Source of the DNA: an uncultured Chloroflexia bacterium
GTDB lineage: Bacteria; Chloroflexota; Ktedonobacteria; Ktedonobacterales; JADMIN01
Length of the DNA: 32,000 bases
Reading direction: 5' to 3'
Assembly (NCBI GenBank): GCA_963718915.1
Contig: CAVRAI010000003.1
Span: 780,001-812,000 of the forward strand
Shown piece by piece: positions 8,989-16,975 of the stretch. The notes under the pieces are model-generated. The model was not told the origin of the DNA. It saw only the letters and a program-made list of their open reading frames with translations, and did not search any database. The translations under genes and the position numbers were made by a program. How positions within the stretch are numbered: the first letter of the stretch is position 1; each line of letters starts with the position of its first letter.

Positions 8989-9723
8989 ATGAGTACCGTT
9001 TCGACCATTCTCCATATCTACGGCCACGACGCCGACGCCGTCGAGAGTGCGCTGACCACGATCTTCGCATCCGAAGATCGCGTGAATGCGTTGCGGCTCG
9101 AAGGAACCTTCAGCGCGGTGCTTGAGCGCGTCACCGATCCCGACCTGGATGCCGCCTACCGCTACCTCATCTGCCGCCCGCACGATGTCTCGCGCTGGAC
9201 ACCTGTGCTGGAGCTGGGCAACCGCACCGAAGGCCTGGATGTCGAACTCTCGCGCGCACTGGATGGCGCGCCTGTCTTCACCGTCTTCGACTATGGCGAG
9301 ACCGTCTCCGGCTACACGCTGGCGCGTGGCGGCGCACAGGTTGACCGCTATATCAGCGATCCCACCTGGCTCGAAGATGATGGCGAGAGCGCCGGAGACC
9401 CCACGCCCGCGCCCGACCTGGAGGCGCTACGGGGGCATCCTGAGCGCTTCGCCGATTTGCTGCCGCCCGATACCGCGCCGGAGGACTTCGTGCGGATCGT
9501 GCTGGCGCCGGGCTGGTGGGAGGACTACGGCGCGAGCACTGGCGTGAACCTCCCGGCGGAGGAGCGCGCCGAGGAAGATGATCTCGTCGATGAGCGCGAC
9601 CGCATGCGCTGTATCGCGCTGGCAATCGAACTCTGGAGTCCCACCGAGTATCCGCTGACGCAAGACCTGGACGACCTCGCCAATCAAACGGTTGGCCCTG
9701 GCATCATCCTGGCCTTCAACTGA
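8989..9723 (+). CDS. acidic cytoplasmic hypothetical protein (244 aa)
   Basis: ORF 8647..9723 trimmed to ATG 8989 (MSTVSTILHIYGHDADAV..), 26 nt after the stop of the upstream membrane gene. The upstream 114 codons overlap that gene and are R/W/C-rich. D/E-rich; no family recognised. Confidence 0.7.
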   Translation: MSTVSTILHIYGHDADAVESALTTIFASEDRVNALRLEGTFSAVLERVTDPDLDAAYRYLICRPHDVSRWTPVLELGNRTEGLDVELSRALDGAPVFTVFDYGETVSGYTLARGGAQVDRYISDPTWLEDDGESAGDPTPAPDLEALRGHPERFADLLPPDTAPEDFVRIVLAPGWWEDYGASTGVNLPAEERAEEDDLVDERDRMRCIALAIELWSPTEYPLTQDLDDLANQTVGPGIILAFN

Positions 9724-10154
9724 GCGGCGGACACCAAGCATTGCGGCGTTCAGCCTGCTACTTGTCCCAACTCATCCGTTCGTTTTGTGGCATCCTTGCA
9801 CCCGTGTGCGGCCGCTGCGGACTTGCGTACTGGCTTCCAAAGGTCCTGTTATGGTACGATTTCATCCGAAACTTTGCGTAGACTGAGTACAGAATTCGTC
9901 GTGGTTATCTGGTTACTGCCCGGTGAGGAAACCGTTCCACTCTGTGGGATATGGTGATGAAGATATCCGGAGGCTGGCTGGCGGCGAGAGATATCTCATC
10001 TTTTGGTGGCGATTCCAATACTGTACACATACAACTATGCAAACATTTCTGATGTTCCTGTCGCCCTCCTATTCGATATGCCAGGAGGCCGAGGCAAGCA
10101 ACTGGGACATGGAGCGTCACAAGAGTATCTGTGACGAAAATCGCCGGAGGAGAA

Positions 10155-10784
10155 ATGGCTCAGCAACTGCCGCGAAAGCATGCGATAGACTATTACGATA
10201 CCCAGCCGACACCCGCAACCGCGCAGGCCGTTGAGGCCGATACGGCGATTCTGCCAAAGGTGAAGACGGATCGCAGTCTGCCAAGCTATCAGCCGACGGG
10301 CATGGCGAAGGTTGACCGTCTGCTCGACCTCACGGACCGATTGACTGGCGGTCGCGCCGAGTGGATTCAGCGGGCGTTCAGCTATCTCTTCATCGGCGGC
10401 ATCGCGGCGATCATCAACCTGATTACCCTGCAGATCACGCTCAACCTGCTCACGCCCTCCACACTTTCGTACCAGATTCACTATGCCATCGCCTTTGCCG
10501 TCGCCACAGAAGTCTCGATCATGGCGAACTTTATTCCGAACGACCGGATCACCTTCAGTCATTTGGCGGGACATAGCCGCTCCTGGATTCAGCGATGCGC
10601 GCGCTTCCATCTCACCTGCACAGGTGGCATCATCGTGACACTCGCGGTCTCCAGCCTGCTACACCTGATTTTTAAAGTGCCCGCGCTGCCCGCTCAGGCG
10701 GTGGCTCTTATCATTGCAACCGCGTTCAACTTCACCTTCCACCATCTCTTTACCTACCGGCACAAGCCAGCCACCGCACTCTAG
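10155..10784 (+). CDS. GtrA-family membrane protein
   Basis: ATG 10155 directly follows GGAGGAGAA. GtrA-like pattern: FSYLFIGGIAAIINLITLQI...ATEVSIMANFIPNDRITF...ATAFNFTFHHLFTYR, with 4 TM helices. Confidence 0.8.
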   Translation: MAQQLPRKHAIDYYDTQPTPATAQAVEADTAILPKVKTDRSLPSYQPTGMAKVDRLLDLTDRLTGGRAEWIQRAFSYLFIGGIAAIINLITLQITLNLLTPSTLSYQIHYAIAFAVATEVSIMANFIPNDRITFSHLAGHSRSWIQRCARFHLTCTGGIIVTLAVSSLLHLIFKVPALPAQAVALIIATAFNFTFHHLFTYRHKPATAL

Positions 10785-10927
10785 ATCATCGCCCGGACAG
10801 GCAGGCCGGAAGGCCGGTATGGCTCGTATCATTTCTGCCCTCTTGCCCCCATGCGGTGAGAGGGCATGTTCGTGAGACGCATCTCGAAACAATTGTGATC
10901 TATTGCATTCCACAGCGGGTAATTATA

Positions 10928-11052
10928 AGGTAAGATAGACATAACCGCGTTGAGCGCCTGGCGCGCTTACTCTCTGCGGAAGGATACCCAGCGTATCTGT
11001 GTGGGTGGGGCCGCAAGTTTGCGAAGGGTCATCCGGTAAAACGTTATCTTAC
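10928..11052. other. candidate structured RNA module closed by a perfect 9-bp helix (strand and function unknown)
   Basis: GGTAAGATA (10928-36) pairs with TATCTTACC (11044-52). Internal helices are AGCGC/GCGCT, TGCGG/CCGCA and ACCCA/TGGGT. It lies in ORF-free DNA. I could not match it to any Rfam family I know. Confidence 0.25.
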
Positions 11053-11102
11053 CCATCATCTGATCATCAGTCTAGCCAGTTTTTAGGGGCGGCGAAGCAA
11101 CC

Positions 11103-11132
11103 ATTGACAGCGTTCATGTGAAGCTGTTACGC
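11103..11132 (+). promoter_or_regulatory. sigma70-like promoter TTGACA-N18-TACGCT facing csrA
   Basis: Perfect -35 at 11103-11108. The -10 TACGCT at 11127-11132 keeps the conserved T1, A2 and T6. Confidence 0.4.
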
Positions 11133-11605
11133 TACTGCCAGGGTTTTTGCCTGACTGCACCCGCGACGGTTATCGTGTGAGAGATCCATACCGCCGACGT
11201 GCAGTGACGAGATGCGCCAGGCAATGTCATGGATGGCAGTGTGCGGTCTGGCGCGGCAAACTACCTGTGCTTGCGACTGGCTCATGGTTCCCAGACCAGA
11301 CAGAGCTGAATCCCCACAAAAAGGAGGTGGCCGGAGACGGTCTCCCCAGGGAAATTGCGTGTGCGCAAGGAACCTCGGCAGGCTGTTGGTGAACAAGACG
11401 CCGTGTCTCGCGCAGCATCAAACAAACCCTCCAGTTCGCATTTTTACCGATATTCACCTGCGCGAGAGAAGCTGTCGGCCACTGGGCGCGAACAAGTTCA
11501 CAAAGTTGTGCGCGCAATGCGGTACCAGAAGGCGGCGTCTACGTTGTTAAGAGTACAACGGCTTCTGTAGCTGGCATGTGCAAGCATTCCGCGGAGGCAT
11601 ACCCG

Positions 11606-11731
11606 CATGATGGCGCGGTTCTCGTCCATGGAAGATCGCTTCTGGCGCATCGAGGATTCGGGAATCGACAGCAGAGAAACGGGCAGGCGTGCGGGCGCGA
11701 TTCTGAGTGTGAGCTATACCAGTGACAGATG
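11606..11731 (+). CDS. speculative 41-codon ORF in the csrA upstream region
   Basis: GGAGG (11592-96) lies 9 nt before ATG 11606. The product is MMARFSSMEDRFWRIEDSGIDSRETGRRAGAILSVSYTSDR*. About 70% of codons end in G/C. No homology recognised. Confidence 0.2.
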
Positions 11732-11973
11732 ACATCGGACTTGTATTGTGTCTTCTTATGTCTTCTGGACGACGGCAAACGACGAAGCACGCAGACCCTG
11801 GAGGGCCAATGGTGGCCAGGGTGGAGCCTCCTCCCAAAATGGTTTGTGCGAGCGAGCGGTCGTTGCAGCGCGACCACAGGGCTATTCTCCAGGATCAGAG
11901 GGTAGCGAAGCAGGGAATGCCAGCCAGGTGAATCCGGCGCTGGAACGTCACAGCCTTGAGAGGGGTACAAAGC

Positions 11974-12408
11974 ATGCTTGTGTTACGCAGAAAAGCTGGC
12001 GAGGCGATTGTCCTCAATGGTACGATCACCATCCACGTCCTCGCCGTAGAGGGCGAACGAGTCAAGCTAGGTATCAACGCGCCGCCAGAAGTTGTTATTG
12101 TACGCTCCGAACTGCTGGAGGGTCAGGGATCCGGCCCAGCCAGTTCGATGCCCGGCGCGCCGGTTCCCCCGCGCGAGCCACGTCCCTACACCTACCGCGA
12201 TCCCGGTTCCAATGGGCAGCGCCCCCAGCGTGAGCTTGAGGAAAGCAATACATCAGGGGAAACACCCGGTCCGGGGCGTCCGCCGACGAATGGCGCGAAT
12301 GGTATGAATGGCGCGAATGGCGCGAATGGCGCGAATGGCGCGAATGGCAATGGCGAATGGTATGTATGGTGGGACAGCACGCTATGCGCCGCGTCGTCGC
12401 ATGTATGA
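11974..12408 (+). CDS. csrA: carbon storage regulator CsrA with a long P/G/N-rich C-terminal extension
   Basis: ATG 11974 has GAGAGGGG 8 nt upstream. The N-terminal 50 aa (MLVLRRKAGEAIVLNGTITIHVLAVEGERVKLGINAPPEVVIVRSELLE) are canonical CsrA. The 3' end is uncertain; an alternative frame runs to 12463. Confidence 0.85.
   Translation: MLVLRRKAGEAIVLNGTITIHVLAVEGERVKLGINAPPEVVIVRSELLEGQGSGPASSMPGAPVPPREPRPYTYRDPGSNGQRPQRELEESNTSGETPGPGRPPTNGANGMNGANGANGANGANGNGEWYVWWDSTLCAASSHV
12286..12360 (+). repeat. 9-bp tandem repeat (GCGAATGGC, ~8 units) inside the csrA tail, encoding (NGA)n
   Basis: Reads ACGAATGGC GCGAATGGT ATGAATGGC, then GCGAATGGC four times, then AATGGC GAATGG, in frame with csrA. 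Confidence 0.9.
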
Positions 12409-12596
12409 TGATCCAAACGCGCCGATGCCGCCGCTTCCCAATCCGAATCCACGCTACCGCTGATACCAACGCTCCGTGCGTTATCCGGGTCAGATCGGTA
12501 TGAGCATCGTTTGCCCATCACCCGTCAGGGAATCCTCTCCCTGGCGGGTTGCTCCATTGCTTCGTGTCACATCGTCAACTTGACTCAGGTCTTGAC

Positions 12597-13781
12597 TCAG
12601 GCGGCAAGCCGCGCCACATAGTTGTCGGCAGCGCCGTCCCCGCTGATCCAGATGGCGCCATTGTGTCCCAGCGCCATCCCAAAGGGAATGCTCTGCGATG
12701 CGGGCAATGTGTAGAACGTATAGAGGTCATCGCTGGCCTGATAGTGTACGACCGCGTTCGCGCCCGCGCTGGCAAACCAGACCGAGCCATCGCCGGTTGT
12801 CACCAGGCCGTAGAGAATGCTGGGGTCGCCCGCTGTGTGTGGCGTCGCACGCTCCGTGACCTTGCCTGTCGCCGGATCGATGCTCCCCAGGATGGCTGGC
12901 TGCATTTCTGTAAACCAGATACGCCCCGATGCATCCGCGGCCATCGCATAGACCGCTGCCTGCCGGTTGGCAAGCGGCATCAGCGTCACTTTGCCTGTTA
13001 CAGGATCGAGCCTGCCCACTGCGCCGCCGTTCAGATAGCCAAACCAGACGCCGCCGGGGGTGACCGACAGGCTGAACGGATAGGAGCGCGTGGCGCCCTG
13101 TGGGACGGGCGCTGGCCACGACTGCATCGCGCCTGTGGCCGGGTCAAGCCGCCCGATGCGCCCGCCGAGCAGCGTAAACCAGAGCGTGCCGTTCGCATCG
13201 AACGCGAGGTCCTGGGGCGCCATGCGCGGCCCAATCGCGGTATCGAGCGGATAGGTTTTGAAGGTCTGGGTGGTCGGGTCGAAGCGCCCGATATAGTTGG
13301 CCGCCTGCTCAGTAAACCAGACGTCGCCCTGGCGGTCTATCGCCGTCGCCATGATGTTGTATTTGCCACCGGGCGGCGTCCACTCCGTCACCTGTCCGGT
13401 CTTGGGATCGATACGGGCAAGCTGATTGGTCACCATCTCGCCGACCCAGATATTTCCCTGCGCGTCAACCGCTGGCTGCATCAGCCCCGCGCGCGAGGTG
13501 GGCATTGAGATGATCTCGGCGTTCGCGCTTTGCACGATGGTCGCCGATTGCGAGGCAGGGGTTGCCGTGCCACCAGTCTGACGCGCCGTCGTTGAAGTGG
13601 AAGACGATGGCATCCGGCTGATGACGAGCACCGTCGCGAGCAGCGCTACCAGCACCAGCACGCCAAATCCCGCATCGCGCCGCACCAGGCGTCGCCAGAA
13701 TGGTGGTCGAGTGGGAGGCGGAGTATCCAGCGTTTCTGGCGTAGGCTCCACTGCCTCGGTTGTGTCTGGTCTATCAGCCAT
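12597..13781 (-). CDS. membrane-anchored Vgb-like (streptogramin-lyase / COG4257-type) beta-propeller repeat protein
   Basis: N-terminal TM helix (GFGVLVLVALLATVLVI) followed by repeated G..WFTE....IGR.DP.TG blades. ATG 13781 is preferred, because the ATG at 13826 would overlap the ubiD end. Confidence 0.75.
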   Translation of the reverse strand: MADRPDTTEAVEPTPETLDTPPPTRPPFWRRLVRRDAGFGVLVLVALLATVLVISRMPSSSTSTTARQTGGTATPASQSATIVQSANAEIISMPTSRAGLMQPAVDAQGNIWVGEMVTNQLARIDPKTGQVTEWTPPGGKYNIMATAIDRQGDVWFTEQAANYIGRFDPTTQTFKTYPLDTAIGPRMAPQDLAFDANGTLWFTLLGGRIGRLDPATGAMQSWPAPVPQGATRSYPFSLSVTPGGVWFGYLNGGAVGRLDPVTGKVTLMPLANRQAAVYAMAADASGRIWFTEMQPAILGSIDPATGKVTERATPHTAGDPSILYGLVTTGDGSVWFASAGANAVVHYQASDDLYTFYTLPASQSIPFGMALGHNGAIWISGDGAADNYVARLAA

Positions 13782-13798
13782 AGGGTTGATCTTATCCG

Positions 13799-15264
13799 TT
13801 AAAGCTTGATGCCGTATTCTGCCCATCGTTCTGTGACCAGCGCCCTCATCTCGGGTGACATTTCTATATCATCGGGCCAGGGCCGGGGATGTCCTTCCTC
13901 CGGGAACTTGGCCGTCGCGTCCAGGCCCATCTTCCAGCCATACTTTTCGTAGGGCGACGAGTGATCGAGCGCATCCACCGGGCCATCTACCAGCAGCGTA
14001 TCACGCTTCGGGTCAACGTTGTTGCCCACGCGGAAAAGCACCTCATGCATATTCTGCACGTCCACGTTCTCATCGACGACGATGATGAACTTCGAGAGCA
14101 TCATCAGCATCATGCCCCAGATGCCCGCCATCACCTTCTTCGCCTGGCCGGGATAGCGCTTGCGAATCGAGACGACGACGATGTTATGAAATCCGCCCTC
14201 GACCGGCATATTGATATCGACGATCTCTGGCAACACGACGCGCAACAAATGCAGGAAGAAGCGCTCGGTCGCCTTGCCCAGATAGGCGTCCTCCATCGGT
14301 GGTTTGCCAACAATAGTCGTGGCATATAGAGGATTACGGCGCGAGGTGACGGCGGTGATATGCATCACCGGATAGGGTTCGACGGGTGTATAGTGGCCGG
14401 TGTGGTCGCCAAACGGCCCCTCGGGGCGTAGCTCGTCGGTATCGACGTAGCCCTCCAGCACGATCTCAGCCTGGGCGGGCACCTTCACATCCACCGTCTT
14501 ACACTGCACCACCTCGACGCCCTTATGTCGCAGGAAGCCCGAAAACAGCAACTCGTCCACACCGGGGGGCAGCGGCGCGCTGGCGGCGTAGATGCTGGCG
14601 GGATCGGCGCCGATGACGACCGCGACCTCCATCCGCTTCTTGCTCGCCGCCCTGGCCTGGCATCGCGGAAGTGCGCCGCGCCACCTTTGTGAATCTGCCA
14701 GTGCATGCCGACGGTGCGCTCGTCGTAGACCTGGACGCGATACATGCCGATGTTGCGCTTGCCCGTCTCTGGGTCCTTCGAGTGACACATCGTGAGTGTC
14801 AGATACTGGCCGCCGTCTTTCGGCCAGCATTTGAGAATCGGCAAGTGAGCGATGGAGGGCTTGTCGGTGACGACGACCTCCTGGCAGGGCGCGTGGCTGA
14901 CGGTGTGCGGGCCGATGCGCGCCAGTTGCGCCAGTTCAGGCAGCAGTTTCGCCTTTTCGATGATGCCCTCCGGCGGGCGATTCTGCACGAGGTCGAGCCA
15001 CTTCTTGATGCGCGCGCCCAGTTCGTCGAGCGAGGTGACGCCGAGCGCCCAGGACATCCGCTCTTCGCTGCCGAAGAGGTTGATGACGACGGGCATATCG
15101 TAGCCGCGCACGTTCTCGAAGAGCAGCGCTGGCCCGCCAGCCTTGACGACACGGTCGGCGATCTCGGTGATTTCCAGCTCGGCGGAGACGGGCGCGGTGA
15201 TGCGCTGAAGCTGCCCCTGCTTCTCCAGAAACGCTATGAAGTCGCGCAGATCCTGAAACGCCAT
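13799..15264 (-). pseudogene. ubiD: UbiD-family decarboxylase interrupted by a 1-nt deletion (or a sequencing error)
   Basis: The N-terminal half is in ORF 14485..15270 (MAFQDLRDFIAFLEKQGQL...MHWQIHKGGAAHFRDA). The C-terminal half is in ORF 13799..14830 (QARAASKKRMEVAVVIGADP...GPFGDHTGHY...). The frames meet at GAT GCC|CAG, where CC (14659-60) would need to be CCC. Confidence 0.85.
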
Positions 15265-15391
15265 GCGCACCGCTGCCTCTCCGCGATGAGCGCGTCACGC
15301 ATTCGCCGCGTGAACTATACCGCGCCCATCATAGGAAATTATGGGGTGCGGCGAGAAGCAGCGTCAAGGAGGCGGAAGGTATCATTCCTGT

Positions 15392-15712
15392 TCAACAACT
15401 GCCTCTGCGCCGTCTATGTCTCTTGTGGCGTTTATGCTTGTATCGTTCGCGCCGCATTAGCCTGTGCCAGGTATTCAGCTTCCTGATGAGCCATGAATCG
15501 GGCTGGCTGAAGGTCCAGCAACAGCAACAGGTTAACCATGCTCCATTCGGTAGCAGATGAATCACTACACCCGCCGGACGATCACGCCACCTGCCCCAGC
15601 CGTGGCACTGAGGGCAACAATAACCCCTTGTTACGCCTGCGTCGTGTAAATCCTCACAATCAAAGTAGATCGTTCTAAATTCGTCTCGCCACATCCATTC
15701 TTGCGCGTTCAT
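15392..15712 (-). CDS. speculative Cys-rich small protein with poly-basic tail
   Basis: ORF 15392..15778 trimmed to MNAQEW... It contains CCPQCHGWG and LTCCCCW and ends RRERYKHKRHKRHRRRRGSC. No SD, AT-richer DNA, no family recognised. Confidence 0.3.
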   Translation of the reverse strand: MNAQEWMWRDEFRTIYFDCEDLHDAGVTRGYCCPQCHGWGRWRDRPAGVVIHLLPNGAWLTCCCCWTFSQPDSWLIRKLNTWHRLMRRERYKHKRHKRHRRRRGSC

Positions 15713-15876
15713 TTTCGGGTATTCGCGCCCCACCCGATTGCACTTTATAAGTGTTAGCAATTGCCAACATTTTGCCAATCCTCAACCGTACGAAGATACT
15801 GCACGGTTCATCGCTCTGCAAGCCCGCGCAGGCGGCCTTTGCGGCGTAGCCCATAGGCGCGGCTTCAGCCGCCAGC

Positions 15877-16371
15877 CTACTCGCCTTGCTCCTCATCCTT
15901 GCTTCCATCAGGCAATGGCAACTGACGGGCTGCCATTCTTCCCTGCCGCAATGTCTTGTAGTTCTCGCCGCTGACGACCGGATGGCCCGTGCGCGTCTCG
16001 ATGTCACGGCGTGCCGCGCCGCCGACCTCGCCCGCTTCGTGAGCGTCATCTCGTAGCTCCTCGAAGCCCTGGCTGTCGCGTGTCTGATGTAGCTCTGCCG
16101 CCGTTGCCTCCGCCAGCGTGCTCAACGCCAACTCGACGCGGGTCATCGAGTCGCGCAGATTCTGCGCCCGCCCGATATGCTTGATCGCCTGATGGTCGCG
16201 CACGCCCACGTCGAATGTGCCACGGTGCAGCGTATCGGTGAGCGCGGCGAACTGTCGGCCCTCCTGCGCACCGCGCTGCTGCCACTCGTCGGTCAGCTCA
16301 TCGCCGAAAGGAGATAAGCTCAGATTGGCGCTCTCAATGGCCTTATGCTCATCGCTCATAATTTTCGCCAT
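15877..16371 (-). CDS. C-terminal fragment of a Bro-N/DinD-like family protein, expressed (if at all) as a separate ORF
   Basis: GDELTDEWQQRG..NLRDSMTRVELALSTLAEATAAELHQTRDSQGFEE..GGAARRDIETRTGHPVVSGENY matches the C-terminal half of Bro-N/DinD-type proteins as I recall them. Start taken at ATG 16371 (MAKIMSDEH); the ORF is open from GTG 16413. Confidence 0.65.
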   Translation of the reverse strand: MAKIMSDEHKAIESANLSLSPFGDELTDEWQQRGAQEGRQFAALTDTLHRGTFDVGVRDHQAIKHIGRAQNLRDSMTRVELALSTLAEATAAELHQTRDSQGFEELRDDAHEAGEVGGAARRDIETRTGHPVVSGENYKTLRQGRMAARQLPLPDGSKDEEQGE

Positions 16372-16975
16372 CCTGCTTTCGTTATCGGACCACTTGTGAC
16401 AATCGCGCCACACACGCCCTCTACGCCGCTTCGATGAACGCGCTCAACTCTTCAAGTGTTTGGACGCCATTCTTCTCCGCGCTCAACACCAGGGAGAAAT
16501 TGGGGCCTGGCGTGAGAACACCCTTCAGCAGGGCAGTCCGAATCACGCAAAGTACTGGACTACCTACGCCAAATCCACTGATCTCAAACAGGGTCAGGAG
16601 CACACGCTGAATTTGTTCTGGGGAGATTTGCGATAAGACAGAGCTATTGCGCGCGACAGAAGAGCTATTATAGATCGGCTGCTTCGCATCAAGATATTGT
16701 TGCTCCAGAGATTCCAGGACGCGGTGATCGGTCACTTCTTCCAGTAGCTCGAATTGGAAGGCGGCTTCCCCGTATTTGTCCCACGCTTTCTGGAGACGTT
16801 TCGCATGATGGATTCCCCGACGAAGGGCTGCTTTATGCTGATTCAGATGCAAGAATATATCGTAGCTACTCCCGATGTACTGCTCCTGCGTTTGAATGTT
16901 GGTGATCGCATAGATACCGGAATTACGCGTATTCTGGCCATCGGGTAGTTGGCGCTTTTGACGCCTCTTCCAGGC
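16372..16975 (-). mobile_element. putative GIY-YIG homing-endonuclease insertion within a Bro-N/DinD-like gene
   Basis: This segment separates the recognisable N- and C-terminal halves of one protein family. It encodes the nuclease core. I counted 48-52% G+C in two 60-nt lines, against 72% in a housekeeping line. The boundaries are approximate. Confidence 0.45.

Noticed and set aside
10065-10088. CCTCCT/AGGAGG hairpin (SD/anti-SD-like) in the 430-nt gtrA upstream region
   Set aside because: The AGGAGG is 20 nt from the nearest ATG (10109), which opens only a junk ORF. The real gtrA SD is at 10146-10152. This is probably a chance GC-rich hairpin.
10926-11053. Tried to read the 125-nt stem-closed module as SRP RNA, 6S RNA, or a c-di-GMP, ydaO, cobalamin or M-box riboswitch
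   Set aside because: The GGAAGGA segment does not sit in a closable GNRA tetraloop, and none of the consensus cores I remember are present. It is kept only as an unclassified candidate.
11147-11570. Three overlapping plus-strand ORFs (71-112 aa) and the minus-strand ORFs in the csrA upstream region
   Set aside because: Cys/Arg/Trp-rich sequences with no SD or start context and no recognisable domains. The region is treated as non-coding.
12286-12360. Possible CRISPR-like array
   Set aside because: The units are 9 bp, contiguous with no spacers, and in frame within csrA. This is a coding microsatellite, not CRISPR.
12578-12600. Tandem CTTGACTCAGG duplication at the Vgb-like gene stop
   Set aside because: It is just two copies spanning the stop codon (TGA gtcaagacc TGA). 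This is most simply a small replication-slippage duplication with no evident function.
12549-13508. 319-aa plus-strand ORF over the Vgb-like propeller gene
   Set aside because: Arg/His/Cys-rich with no SD. The opposite strand carries a convincing repeated beta-propeller protein.
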